A stretch of DNA of 64,000 bases from Limnochordia bacterium (GTDB taxonomy: Bacteria; Bacillota; Limnochordia; DTU080), in contig JBMNJG010000004.1 in assembly GCA_050951545.1 (NCBI GenBank), positions 286,117-350,116 of the forward strand. Direction: 5' to 3'. Positions 27,198-37,520 of the stretch are shown one piece after another. Position numbers and translations under genes: made by a program. Every line of letters begins with the position of its first letter. Positions within the stretch are counted from its first letter, which is position 1. The notes under the pieces were generated by a model. That model saw only the letters and a list, made by a program, of their open reading frames with translations, had not been told where the DNA came from and searched no databases.

Positions 27198-29140
27198 TGG
27201 CACAGGCGGATCGCATTATCTTCTACGTGGGCGCTGGCACCTGCGGGTTGGCTGCCGGTGCGAGTGAGGTTCTCGAACAGCTTCTGGTTGAGGTGAAGAG
27301 TCGAGGTCTGGATGCGGAAGTTAAGACAGTTGGTTGCATGGGTTTTTGTGAACGAGAACCGATCGTTGACGTACGTTTGCCGGGCTCCTCTCGTCTATCC
27401 TTTGCTAACGTAGACAAGAAGGGCCTGTTGCGTATACTGGATTCATATGTGGCCCAGGGTATTATTCCTGGAGAGCTGCTGTTGGGTACTGCTCTTGGGG
27501 AAGCTCCATTGACTGCCCTGGTTGAACCCGAACCTAAGGCGCAGGCGAAGCAAGTCAGCGTTCCAAGGATGGAAGAACTGCCCTTCCTGTCCAAGCAATG
27601 CCGGCGAGTCCTGTCCAACTGCGGAAAGATCGACCCAGAAAGCATGGAGGAGTACGTGGCTGAGGGTGGCTATGAGGCGTTGCGCAAGGCCATTGAGAAC
27701 TCGCCGCAATGGGTCATCGATCAGATGAAAGCCTCCCAACTGCGTGGTCGAGGGGGAGCTGGTTTTCCCACCGGCCTCAAGTGGGCATTGACAGCGGTGG
27801 AGAAGGCCGACAGGAAATACGTCGTGTGTAACGCGGACGAAGGCGACCCAGGAGCCTTCATGGACCGTAGCCTCTTGGAAGGTGACCCTCACCGTGTTTT
27901 GGAGGGCATTCTGGTTGCGGGTTACGCGGTTGGCGCTCAGAAGGCCTATGTATATGCGCGAGCTGAGTATCCCTTGGCTATCGCTAGGCTGGAAAACGCT
28001 ATCAAGCAGCTGACCGAAGCGGGTTATCTAGGTGATCGGATCATGGGCTCAGATTTCAGCTTCAGCATCGAGCTCAAGATGGGAGCAGGGGCCTTTGTCT
28101 GTGGTGAGGAAACTGCGCTTCTCGCCTCTGTGGAAGGCGAGAGGGGGATCCCGCGGCCCAAACCTCCATTCCCGGCGGCCAAGGGATTGTGGGGATATCC
28201 GACGCTGATCAACAACGTTGAGACGTTTGCCAATGTCGCAGACATAATCGCTCGGGGACCCGAATGGTTCGCTAATGTGGGTACTGAGCGTAGCAAGGGT
28301 ACCAAGGTCTTCTCCCTGACGGGCAAAGTGAAGAACAGTGGTCTTATCGAGGTACCGATGGGGATGACTCTGCGAGAGGTCGTCTTTGATCTCGGGGGCG
28401 GTGTGGCGAACGGCCGTCAGTTCAAAGCTGCGCAAATCGGAGGCCCGTCTGGAGGATGCATGCCAGCCAAGCTTTTGGATACGCCCATCGACTATGATTC
28501 CTTGCTACAGGCAGGGGCCATGATGGGTTCGGGCGGTCTGGTGGTTATGGACGACCACACCTGTATGGTGGAAGTCGCTCGTTTCTTCCTGGGCTTCGTC
28601 AAAGCCGAATCGTGCGGGCGTTGCACTCCTTGCCGAGAAGGAACAACACGACTCTACGAGATGCTGCAACGCGTGGTCACGCCTCAGCGTGTGCTCGATG
28701 CCGAGACTGAACGCATTCCAGCCGAGATACGTGGGATGTTGGGTATGGATGAGCCGTTGGATCCGGAGGCTTTTCTAGCCACTCTACGCGAACTGGCTGA
28801 GGTTGTCAAGGACACCTCGGCTTGTGGTCTGGGTCAGACTGCTCCAAATCCGGTGCTATCGACGCTGCGGCATTTCGAGGAAGAGTATCGGGCCCATCTG
28901 CTGGATCAGGTCTGCCCTGCTGGGGCGTGCAAGCAGTTCCTCACGTATACCATCGATGCCGAGAAGTGCACAGGTTGTGGGCTCTGCAAGAGCGAGTGTC
29001 CCGCGACTGCGATCAGCGGCGAGAGGCGCAAACCACACGCTATTGATCAGGAGCTGTGCGTGCGATGTGGCAACTGTGTTGACACTTGCAGCTTTGGGGC
29101 GATCACAGGCCGAAGCGTTCAGACGACTCTAGTAGGATAG
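27197..29140 (+). CDS. hydB: [FeFe]-hydrogenase NuoF-like FMN/NADH subunit (HydB)
   Basis: LRGRGGAGFPTG.KW, NADEGDPGAFMDR, GGPSGGC, ESCG.C.PCR, C-terminal 2x[4Fe-4S]. Confidence 0.93.
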   Translation: MAQADRIIFYVGAGTCGLAAGASEVLEQLLVEVKSRGLDAEVKTVGCMGFCEREPIVDVRLPGSSRLSFANVDKKGLLRILDSYVAQGIIPGELLLGTALGEAPLTALVEPEPKAQAKQVSVPRMEELPFLSKQCRRVLSNCGKIDPESMEEYVAEGGYEALRKAIENSPQWVIDQMKASQLRGRGGAGFPTGLKWALTAVEKADRKYVVCNADEGDPGAFMDRSLLEGDPHRVLEGILVAGYAVGAQKAYVYARAEYPLAIARLENAIKQLTEAGYLGDRIMGSDFSFSIELKMGAGAFVCGEETALLASVEGERGIPRPKPPFPAAKGLWGYPTLINNVETFANVADIIARGPEWFANVGTERSKGTKVFSLTGKVKNSGLIEVPMGMTLREVVFDLGGGVANGRQFKAAQIGGPSGGCMPAKLLDTPIDYDSLLQAGAMMGSGGLVVMDDHTCMVEVARFFLGFVKAESCGRCTPCREGTTRLYEMLQRVVTPQRVLDAETERIPAEIRGMLGMDEPLDPEAFLATLRELAEVVKDTSACGLGQTAPNPVLSTLRHFEEEYRAHLLDQVCPAGACKQFLTYTIDAEKCTGCGLCKSECPATAISGERRKPHAIDQELCVRCGNCVDTCSFGAITGRSVQTTLVG

Positions 29141-29175
29141 GTGCCAGCTAAGCTTGGTCAGGGTTATCTTCAGGT

Positions 29176-30966
29176 TTGGGGAGGATGCCGCTTATGGAGC
29201 CGGTTCGAAACGGGACCACGGTTTCGGTAGTAGACGGTGTGACAAAATCTAAACAGATAACAATCAATGTCGATGGACGCGATGTGAAGGTGGGCGCCGA
29301 CCAAAGCTTGTTGGATGCTTTACGTGAGGTTGGCGTATCTATACCGACGCTGTGCCACTGGGATGGTCTACGCGAAGCTGGCGCATGCCGCTTGTGTGTA
29401 GTTGAAGTAGAGCGTAGCCGGACACTGGTGGCCTCATGTACGCAACCAGTGTCAGAGGGCATGGTAGTTCGCACCCAGACGCCAAGAATTCGCCAGGCGC
29501 GCAAGGTGGTTTTAGAGCTTATTCTGGCCAACCACCCGGAGGACTGCCTCTATTGTCAGCGGAATGAGGACTGCGAACTGCGCCAGTTGGCTGCTGAGTA
29601 CGGTGCCGAGCGCCGTTTCAGGGGCCAGCGTCGGCTGGCAGAATGCGACCTCAGCAGCTTCTCATTGGTGCGTGACGCAGAGAAATGTGTGCTGTGCCAG
29701 CGCTGCGTCACTGTCTGTGACGACATACAGTCGGTAGCCGCCATCACTCCCCTGAAGCGAGGCTTTGACACCTTCATTGGTGTTGCCTTTGGTAGTGGTG
29801 TGGGCGATTCTGAGTGTGTAAACTGCGGGCAGTGCACACGTGTCTGTCCCACTGGTGCTCTGGTAGAGCATGACGATACGGACCTTGTCTACGCGGCCCT
29901 GGCCGACCCCACGAAACACGTGGTAGCCCAGATTGCTCCTGCCGTTCGGGTGAGTGTAGCGCAAGCTTTTGGCATGGATCCTGGAACGAACTTTGAGGGG
30001 CAATTGGTGGCAGGTCTTAAGCTGCTTGGCTTCGACAAGGTGTTTGATACGAACTACACAGCTGACCTCACGATCATGGAAGAGGCGGCGGAGTTCGTGG
30101 GTCGTGTGAAGAATGGTGGACCGTTCCCACTGGTCACTTCCTGCTGCCCAGCATGGATCAAGTTTGCGGAAGAGTACTACCCAGATCGGGTCCATCACCT
30201 CTCAAGCTGCAAGTCCCCGCAGATGATGATGGGTGCTCTCCTGCACTCGGAGTACGCCCACCAAGAGGGTGCCACCAAAGAGAACTCGTACGTCGTCTCG
30301 ATTATGCCCTGCACAGCCAAGAAATGGGAGCTGAAAGAGGTCTCACCGGGTGACGTGGATGTGGTGTTGACCACCCGCGAGCTGATCCGAATGTTCAAGC
30401 GTGAATATATCGACTTGGCCAGTCTCGAGCCTGTGCCATTTGACAGAGTGCTGGGCGATTACACGGGCGCTGCTGCGATCTTTGGCGCCAGTGGCGGTGT
30501 CGCCGAAGCAGCCATACGTACGGCTTACAAGATGGTGACGGATGAAGAGCTGGCCGACCCCAATTTCACACCAGTACGCGGTCTGGCTGGTGTGAAGACT
30601 GCCGAGGTAGACGTGGCAGGTCTCAAGGTCAAGGTGGCCGTTCTCAGCGGCTTGCGCAACGTTCGTGAGTTCTTTGCCCGTGACGGCTGGGAGAACTACC
30701 ATCTCATCGAGGTGATGGCCTGTCCTGGCGGCTGCATTAATGGTGGCGGGCAACCCTACGGAGAGGGATGGCCACTGGATGAGTTGATGAAGAGCCTGTA
30801 TATCATCGACACGAACTTGCCGCTGCGCCGCTCGCATGAGAACCCCGAAATCGCTGCGCTCTATGAGAAATACCTCGGAGAGCCAAACTCGCCCGAGGCT
30901 CATCGCCTGCTGCATCGGGAGTATAAGGATCGCAGTTATGTCCTGGTGCCCCCGAAAGTCGGGTAA
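29176..30966 (+). CDS. hydA: [FeFe]-hydrogenase catalytic subunit, group A3 (HydA)
   Basis: H-cluster motifs TSCCPAW, MPCTAKK.E, EVMACPGGCINGGGQP; N-terminal Fe-S domains; exact start uncertain. Confidence 0.95.
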   Translation: MGRMPLMEPVRNGTTVSVVDGVTKSKQITINVDGRDVKVGADQSLLDALREVGVSIPTLCHWDGLREAGACRLCVVEVERSRTLVASCTQPVSEGMVVRTQTPRIRQARKVVLELILANHPEDCLYCQRNEDCELRQLAAEYGAERRFRGQRRLAECDLSSFSLVRDAEKCVLCQRCVTVCDDIQSVAAITPLKRGFDTFIGVAFGSGVGDSECVNCGQCTRVCPTGALVEHDDTDLVYAALADPTKHVVAQIAPAVRVSVAQAFGMDPGTNFEGQLVAGLKLLGFDKVFDTNYTADLTIMEEAAEFVGRVKNGGPFPLVTSCCPAWIKFAEEYYPDRVHHLSSCKSPQMMMGALLHSEYAHQEGATKENSYVVSIMPCTAKKWELKEVSPGDVDVVLTTRELIRMFKREYIDLASLEPVPFDRVLGDYTGAAAIFGASGGVAEAAIRTAYKMVTDEELADPNFTPVRGLAGVKTAEVDVAGLKVKVAVLSGLRNVREFFARDGWENYHLIEVMACPGGCINGGGQPYGEGWPLDELMKSLYIIDTNLPLRRSHENPEIAALYEKYLGEPNSPEAHRLLHREYKDRSYVLVPPKVG

Positions 30967-31130
30967 CGTCACAGTCACATGGGCGCCTGATCTGCAGCGG
31001 AGGATCACCGACTGGGTGAACAGTGCACGAAGGAAGCGGGCAGGCGACAGAGTCTGCCCGTTTTCGGCATGAGAAAAGGAAAGGCATATGCCACTATCAG
31101 GAATCGGTCAAGTGCGAGAGGAGCCTGAGA

Positions 31131-32390
31131 ATGCGAAAGCTTAGATGCAATCTGGCAATTGTACTGTCTGTCCTTCTACTCTTGACGGGAAGCGTGTCTG
31201 TAGCGGCGAAGGAGATCACCTTTCTCACAGTCGGTTACACAGCTCAGCTCACTAAGTATCTCCAAGATGAGGTTGTTCCAGAGTTCCGCAAGATGCACAA
31301 CACAGATGTCGTGCTCATGAGTGCTAACTGGAACACGCGCATGGAGAGAATTCTAGTACTCACGGCGGGCGGCACGCCGCCTGACGTAGTCGTCACTGGC
31401 TTCTACTCGCCCTACGAGGAGGGGTCCTTGGGTCTTCTGGAGCCGTTGGATCGCTACTTGTCAGGCTGGAGGTATACGTCACGCTTTTCAAAGGCCCTGT
31501 GGGATGCCATGAGTTGGCGAGGCAATGTCCTGGTCGTACCTCAAAGCCTGGATTTCCGTGGTATCGGCTACAATAAGCAGCTCTATGCAGAGTCCGGTCT
31601 AGATCCAGAAAGACCACCTGCGAGCTGGAGCGAACTTGTGCAGTACACTCGACGTCTGACCCGCCTCGAGGGAGACAAGGTAGCCGTACGCGGTTTTTGG
31701 TGCACCGATACCGCCGCAGGTGCGGCGCAGCAGCTCTTCTGGTTCATGCGCCAGGCTGGTCTGACCGAGATTGACACCGACACGTTCACGTCCAACTTAT
31801 CACACCCTGGGGCTACTGAGGCTCTGCAGACACTGCAGGAGCTGCATGAAGCAGGACACAATGGTATGCCTGCTCTGGGGGGCGACTTCGTTCAAGGGCG
31901 CCTAGCCATGCGCTATTTCTCGCCGCCCAACATGGCCTCTATGGTGGCCCAAGATCCTGACGTCATGAGTAGGGTGGGCTTGTTCGCCCCACAACGCACT
32001 CCGGATAGCACTCCGGTTGCTCACGTTTTCGCCAATGGTCTAGCCATTCCTAGTGCGAGCAGGAACAAAGACCTGGCGTGGGAATGGATCTCCCTACTAA
32101 CCAGTGATGACGTCATTTTTGAGATTCAGCGCATCGGTTGGCACTTCAGCGGCCGCCTCGACATGCTCCAGAGGATGACTACTGTGCAACCGGGAATCGG
32201 GCTTTGGTACAACATATTCCCGTATCTGCAAGCATCGGTAATTCCTCCGCCGCGCAATACCGCTCAACAAGAACTCGGCAATCTCATTCTCAAGGTCTAC
32301 GGTATGCAGATGGCTCCCCAGACGGCCCTTGAACAGGCTCAACCCATCTGGGAACGCCTATTGGCTGACTGGAAGGCTAGCATCAGGTAG
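31131..32390 (+). CDS. ABC transporter solute-binding protein (family 1), paralog 1
   Basis: Signal peptide without lipobox; GTPPDVV, YNKQLYAESGL, ASRNKDLAWEW. Confidence 0.88.
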   Translation: MRKLRCNLAIVLSVLLLLTGSVSVAAKEITFLTVGYTAQLTKYLQDEVVPEFRKMHNTDVVLMSANWNTRMERILVLTAGGTPPDVVVTGFYSPYEEGSLGLLEPLDRYLSGWRYTSRFSKALWDAMSWRGNVLVVPQSLDFRGIGYNKQLYAESGLDPERPPASWSELVQYTRRLTRLEGDKVAVRGFWCTDTAAGAAQQLFWFMRQAGLTEIDTDTFTSNLSHPGATEALQTLQELHEAGHNGMPALGGDFVQGRLAMRYFSPPNMASMVAQDPDVMSRVGLFAPQRTPDSTPVAHVFANGLAIPSASRNKDLAWEWISLLTSDDVIFEIQRIGWHFSGRLDMLQRMTTVQPGIGLWYNIFPYLQASVIPPPRNTAQQELGNLILKVYGMQMAPQTALEQAQPIWERLLADWKASIR

Positions 32391-32428
32391 CGAGAGCCAC
32401 TTGACACGTAGGAAGAAGGGGGATCTGA

Positions 32429-33700
32429 ATGCGAAGGCACACAGGTCATACTGGCTTGTATCTGGGGCTTTCATTTCTGTTGCTTTTCGCCTGCACTACC
32501 ATAGGACTGGCGAAGGAGATCACCTTTCTAGCAGTGGGGTACTCAAGCGGCCTGATGAACTACGTGCAGCAGGAGGTTATCCCTACTTTCAGAGCCCGCC
32601 ACAACGCTGATGTCACGATGATGACGGCAGATTGGAACACCCGCATGGATAGGATCGTAGTGTTGACAGCTGGCGGGACACCTCCAGATGTCGTGGTGAC
32701 TGGTTTCTACTCACCCTATGAAGAGGGGTCCATTGGTCTGCTAGAACCCCTAGATCGCTATCTTGAGAGGTGGAAATATACATCGCGTTTCCCTCGGCAG
32801 CTCTGGCACGCTCTAAGCTGGCAAGGGAAAGTGATGGTGATGCCTCAAAACGTAGCGCCTCGGGCAGTCGGGTACAACAAGGAGCTATACGCACAGTCGG
32901 GGCTAGATCCGGATAGGCCACCGCAAGCGTGGGACGAACTGATCCAGTACACGCGACGCTTAACGAGGGTGGATGATGATCGGGTGGCCGTGCGCGGCTT
33001 TTCGATGACTACCACCGCTGCTGGTGCAGCCCAACAGCTTTTCTGGTTCATGCGTCAGGCGGGTCTGACCGAGATCGACACCTCTACGTTCACGACCAGA
33101 CTAACCGACCCCAAGGCTCTCGCAGCCCTGCAAATGCTTCAGGAACTCTATGAGGCGGGTCAGAGCAACCTGCCCATTCAGTCTGGAGGTTTCAATCGGG
33201 GTCGCATTGCTATGCAGTACAGTAACCCTCAACAGATGCCGTCCATGATGGCTGCCGATCCCGACCTGCTGTTGAAGAACTTTGCACTCTTCGCACCGCG
33301 TCAGACACCGTCTAGTCCGCCAGTCGTTCATTTATTCACTGATGGGCTAGCGATTCCCAGCGCAAGCAGGAACAAAGATCTGGCCTGGGAGTTTATCTCA
33401 CTCCTTTCGAGTGACGACGTGCTTGTCGACATTCAGCGGATAGAGGGTTTCTTCGGCGGGCGTACAGATATGCTGCAGCGGATGATGAGTGTACAGCCAC
33501 GTATCGACTTGTGGTACGATCTGTTCCAGCATATGCAGGCCTCCGTTATTCCCCCCCCGCGTAACACCTCTCAACAGGAGCTGGGAAACCTGATTCTGCA
33601 AGTCTACCGCATGCAGATGGCCCCCTTGGCCGCCCTTGAGCAGGGCCAGGCAGTCTGGAATCGCCTGCTGGACGACTGGAAGGGCAGTGTGCGCCAGTGA
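32429..33700 (+). CDS. ABC transporter solute-binding protein (family 1), paralog 2
   Basis: Long identical stretches shared with paralog 1. Confidence 0.88.
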   Translation: MRRHTGHTGLYLGLSFLLLFACTTIGLAKEITFLAVGYSSGLMNYVQQEVIPTFRARHNADVTMMTADWNTRMDRIVVLTAGGTPPDVVVTGFYSPYEEGSIGLLEPLDRYLERWKYTSRFPRQLWHALSWQGKVMVMPQNVAPRAVGYNKELYAQSGLDPDRPPQAWDELIQYTRRLTRVDDDRVAVRGFSMTTTAAGAAQQLFWFMRQAGLTEIDTSTFTTRLTDPKALAALQMLQELYEAGQSNLPIQSGGFNRGRIAMQYSNPQQMPSMMAADPDLLLKNFALFAPRQTPSSPPVVHLFTDGLAIPSASRNKDLAWEFISLLSSDDVLVDIQRIEGFFGGRTDMLQRMMSVQPRIDLWYDLFQHMQASVIPPPRNTSQQELGNLILQVYRMQMAPLAALEQGQAVWNRLLDDWKGSVRQ

Positions 33701-33725
33701 GCTAGAGATGTCGGCATTGATGCAT

Positions 33726-33771
33726 AGGCAACGGCACCTCCTCCGAGGGAGAGGCGCCGTTGCCTTTTCTT
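33726..33771 (+). terminator. Rho-independent terminator
   Basis: AGGCAACGGC...GCCGTTGCCT followed by TTTCTT. Confidence 0.8.
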
Positions 33772-33786
33772 GTGACGCTCGACACT

Positions 33787-35280
33787 CTACAGGCGGAAGC
33801 AGCTACTACCTACGAACTCCCGCAGGATGGAGTTTGCTGGGATCTCATCGGCGGTCAGAGGAGAGAAATGCTCGACGAGCCACAACAGCTGGTCGGCCTG
33901 TTCAGCGACGAGTGAACTCGTCGGTATGCTTCTGAGGAGCCGTTCCGCGTGCGTACGTAGCACTGCCAGCTCATACACCAGGGCTGAGTTGAACATGACG
34001 TCCGCCTCTTCCTGAAAGGGAAAAATGAAGCGCTTCTCACCACTTCTGACGCGTGACCAGATGCTCAGAGTGGTCTCTGGTGAATGAGAGCGAAACTGCG
34101 CGTCACGAACCATACGCCTGATGAGGCGGGCATCAGTTGTATGAATGCGTACTTGTTCGTGTATGTTGATCTGGGTGAGGGCACTGACATAGATCTTGAA
34201 CTTGTTGCCTTTAGGGACAGCCGAGGTAAGTCGCTCGTTGAGCCCATGGATGCCTTCAATGATGATGGGCTGGTCCAAACCTACTGTCAACTGCCGGGTC
34301 GCGTCCTGACGCTCGCCCGTGTGGAAGTCAAACAGAGGTACGTCGACGCTGTCACCTTGGATGAGTCTGCTAAGATGATCACCTAGTAAGGGAAGATCAA
34401 GCGCCTCAATGCTCTCAAAATCAGGTTTTCCATCGTCACCAATGGGGGTCTCAGAACGGTTCAGAAAGTAATCGTCCAGGGAGATCGTGACTGGATGCAA
34501 ACCGTTCACGCGCAGCTGAATCTTGAGCCGCTGGGCAAAAGTCGTCTTCCCTGATGATGAAGGCCCGGCGATAGTGATCAGACGAATCTCCGGGTTCTGA
34601 GCTACCATGTCTGCGATGGCTGCGATCTTCTTCTCGTGAAGAGCCTCTGAGACTCTGATGAGGTCTCCCGACTCACCTGCTTTGATCGTGCTGTTCAGTG
34701 AGGCCGCGTCGGCCACGCCCAGAATGGAGGCCCAGCGTTCGGTCTCTCGGTAGACGCTGGCCAGTTTTGGTTGCTCCCTGTACTGCGGGATACGGCCAGT
34801 GTGGTCTTCAGGTATCTGTAGGATCAGCCCGGGCAGATAGAAGTGCAGACCGAAATGATTGACAAGCGAGGTGTTGGCAAGCACAGGCCCATCACAGTAG
34901 CTGTACAGTCCACCGCAATGCACCAGAGGCACTGCCTTTGTGTCCAGCTGAGCGATGAGCATGGCTGCCGACGACTGGCCGCTTTCTTTGAGCAGGTCAA
35001 CAGCCTCTTGAGGCGAGGTCTCCTGAACCGTCACAGGCAGCGCTGCGGAGATAAGCTCTCGCATGTTGTGTTCCACGAGCGAGATCTCTCGAGGAGTCAA
35101 GGGTTTGTCGCCATGGATCTCGCAGTAGACTCCATTGCTCAAGGAGTGCTCGACCGAGATATAGCTATTGGGTATGGCTCTGCGGGAGGCCAGGCATAAC
35201 AGCAGGAGCGCTGTGCGCTGGTAGGTGCGCTGCCCGTTGGTTGTGCTCAGGTCTACGTGATGGAGCGTCTGAATCTGCAT
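33787..35280 (-). CDS. Nucleoside (uridine) kinase with ThrRS-like N-terminal domain
   Basis: IAGPSSSGKTT, SLDDYF, IEGIHGLN, RR.VRD...R, FNSALVYEL. Confidence 0.9.
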   Translation of the reverse strand: MQIQTLHHVDLSTTNGQRTYQRTALLLLCLASRRAIPNSYISVEHSLSNGVYCEIHGDKPLTPREISLVEHNMRELISAALPVTVQETSPQEAVDLLKESGQSSAAMLIAQLDTKAVPLVHCGGLYSYCDGPVLANTSLVNHFGLHFYLPGLILQIPEDHTGRIPQYREQPKLASVYRETERWASILGVADAASLNSTIKAGESGDLIRVSEALHEKKIAAIADMVAQNPEIRLITIAGPSSSGKTTFAQRLKIQLRVNGLHPVTISLDDYFLNRSETPIGDDGKPDFESIEALDLPLLGDHLSRLIQGDSVDVPLFDFHTGERQDATRQLTVGLDQPIIIEGIHGLNERLTSAVPKGNKFKIYVSALTQINIHEQVRIHTTDARLIRRMVRDAQFRSHSPETTLSIWSRVRSGEKRFIFPFQEEADVMFNSALVYELAVLRTHAERLLRSIPTSSLVAEQADQLLWLVEHFSPLTADEIPANSILREFVGSSCFRL

Positions 35281-35485
35281 GGCAAGTTACCCCTTTGCTC
35301 AAGTACTGCATGGAGCGTCCGCAAAAGCGGTTCACATGTGCTTGTATCATATAAGTCTTTCGGCTCTATGACCAGAATATCCTGGCTCCGCTCGGTGAAG
35401 GTCTGATACTGTGAGCAAAGAGGAACTGGCCAGGACGAACTGAAGTAGTCGTCTGGGGAGAACCCGACTCTGGCAAGGGTGGGAA

Positions 35486-35929
35486 ATGATGACTGAGGTC
35501 GAGATACATACGGATGGCGCCTGCCTCGGCAATCCAGGGCCCGGGGGATGGGCTGCTGTTCTTCGTAGCGGAAAGCATACCAAAGAGATCACTGGCGGCG
35601 AACCCCATTCCACCAATCAGCGCATGGAGCTAACCGCGGCGCTCAAGGCACTTCAGGCTCTGAAATGGCCGTGTAAGGTGCGTCTCCATAGCGATAGCGC
35701 TTACCTGGTGAACGCTTTTCGTCAGGGATGGCTTAGGAAGTGGCAGAGAAATGGATGGCGAACAGCGAGCGGAAGCGCGGTAGAGAACCAGGATCTATGG
35801 GAAGCGCTGCTGGAAGAGGCAGAGAAGCATGACATCACTTGGGTGAAGGTTCGGGGGCACGCTGACGATGAACTGAACAATCGCTGTGATGTGCTAGCTC
35901 GTCAGGCTGCCAAAACGGCTCAAGGGTAG
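35486..35929 (+). CDS. rnhA: Ribonuclease HI
   Basis: TDGACLGNPGPGGW, TNQRMEL, DSAY, WVKVRGH, N.RCD.LA. Confidence 0.95.
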   Translation: MMTEVEIHTDGACLGNPGPGGWAAVLRSGKHTKEITGGEPHSTNQRMELTAALKALQALKWPCKVRLHSDSAYLVNAFRQGWLRKWQRNGWRTASGSAVENQDLWEALLEEAEKHDITWVKVRGHADDELNNRCDVLARQAAKTAQG

Positions 35930-35935
35930 GGAAGG

Positions 35936-35970
35936 CCGCGCAGGGCCAGCACGGACTAGGCCCTGCACGG
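35936..35970. terminator. Hairpin between convergent genes
   Basis: CCGCGCAGGGCC...GGCCCTGCACGG. Confidence 0.55.
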
Positions 35971-35981
35971 GGTATGCGGAT

Positions 35982-37244
35982 CTACTCGCCTGGGTCAGTG
36001 GCCGCTGCCCGCCCCGCGACATAGCCAGTGGAGTAGGCACCCTGAAGGGTGTAGCCTTCGTTTACGCCATCTACGTCTAGCAGCTCCCCCGCAATATAAA
36101 GGCCGCTGGTTCTCAAGGACTGCATCGAGTTGGGGTCAACCTCTGAGATGTCCACGCCGCCTGTGGTGACCATAGCCGTTTCTGGCGCTCTGTCCTTTTT
36201 CAGATGCAGTTGAAACTCATCAAGGATCTCCGCGGTCTCTCGTCGATGCACTTTGGTCACTTGGTTGGCCATCACTTCAGGCGGAATGCAGTGCACCTCG
36301 AGAAGTACTTCAGCCAAAGAGGCTGGCCACCACCTCGCCACCAAACTCTTGAGGAGCTGCCGTGGATGCTCTCGCAAGGCCATCTGCAAGCGGGCCTCCC
36401 AGTCCTCAGCACGGAGGTCGGAATCCGTACGTACGCCGATCACCACCTGGTCAGGACAGGTCTCCTGAGCAGCGACGGCCTGTTCAGCGATCTTGAGAAT
36501 GGCGGGGCCAGCCAGGCCCAAATGGGTGAAGAGCACATCCTCTTTGTAGCGAGCCACCTCTTTGTCGGCAGCCCTGACAACCACCTCTACACCCCGTAAC
36601 GCTGCTCCTTGCGCGCGCGCGGGCCAATCCTCTTCCGTCTGCAAGGCGACGATGGCCGACTTGGGTTGAACCACGGTATGGCCGAATTGCTCAGCCCAGG
36701 CGTGGCCGTTTTCGTCGTCAGGCCCTGGGTTTTCGCCAGTGCACAGGATGACGCGATCGACATGCATCGCAGAGGCGTTCTCAAGATAAACGGTGAAACC
36801 CCGCCAGCCCGGACGAACCAGGCCATCCTTCCTGTCGATACCTGTAATGCGCGCCTGAGTACGGATGGTGACTCCAGAAGCCCTAGCCCGGCCCTCGAGA
36901 GCCTCGAGAACGTCAGCTGTGTCCTCGCTTACGGGGAGAATGCGCCCCCGGTCCTCCTCCTTGGTAAGCACACCTTCCTCTGCAAGGAGATCCAAGATGT
37001 CGCGGTTAGAAAAGGCCTCGAAGGCCCGGCACAGAAATGGACCGTTACCAGGAAAAGACTGGACCAGATGCTCTATGCTGCCCGTATTCGTAATGCTGCA
37101 CCGACCATCATTTGGCGCAAAGAGCCGTGTTCCCAGTTGCTTGCGTCGCTCCAGAAGAGTGACATCCGCTTTGTGCTCACCAGCGGCGATCGCCGCGAGT
37201 AGACCCGCAGCGCCTCCTCCTATCACAGCAATGCTGTAGGACAT
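35982..37244 (-). CDS. HI0933/YhiN/BaiN-family flavoprotein (divergent)
   Basis: GGGAAG, GRC..TN, LFTH.G..GP, VT.GGV, GE.LD..G..GY.LQ.A..TG. Confidence 0.85.
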   Translation of the reverse strand: MSYSIAVIGGGAAGLLAAIAAGEHKADVTLLERRKQLGTRLFAPNDGRCSITNTGSIEHLVQSFPGNGPFLCRAFEAFSNRDILDLLAEEGVLTKEEDRGRILPVSEDTADVLEALEGRARASGVTIRTQARITGIDRKDGLVRPGWRGFTVYLENASAMHVDRVILCTGENPGPDDENGHAWAEQFGHTVVQPKSAIVALQTEEDWPARAQGAALRGVEVVVRAADKEVARYKEDVLFTHLGLAGPAILKIAEQAVAAQETCPDQVVIGVRTDSDLRAEDWEARLQMALREHPRQLLKSLVARWWPASLAEVLLEVHCIPPEVMANQVTKVHRRETAEILDEFQLHLKKDRAPETAMVTTGGVDISEVDPNSMQSLRTSGLYIAGELLDVDGVNEGYTLQGAYSTGYVAGRAAATDPGE

Positions 37245-37520
37245 TAGCTACACCTCCAAAACACCAACACCCGGCACCGCCTACCTGACAACAGGCACGA
37301 CGTGAAAGGTGTCGCAGAACAGTTACGGCAAATGGCAGCCTGCCTCCTGCAAGACGCGGCAAACGTCGACGCCCATATCGTCTTTTAGTGTGCCGCAAAC
37401 CAATCAGGAGCCACGCGTGATGGACCAACTGCCGTTAGCGAGAGGAACCTCAGTGCTCAGTGGCGCGTAGTATTGAGGAGAATGCTGAGGTCCGTATCTG
37501 TGACGAGGAGGCATTGAGTC

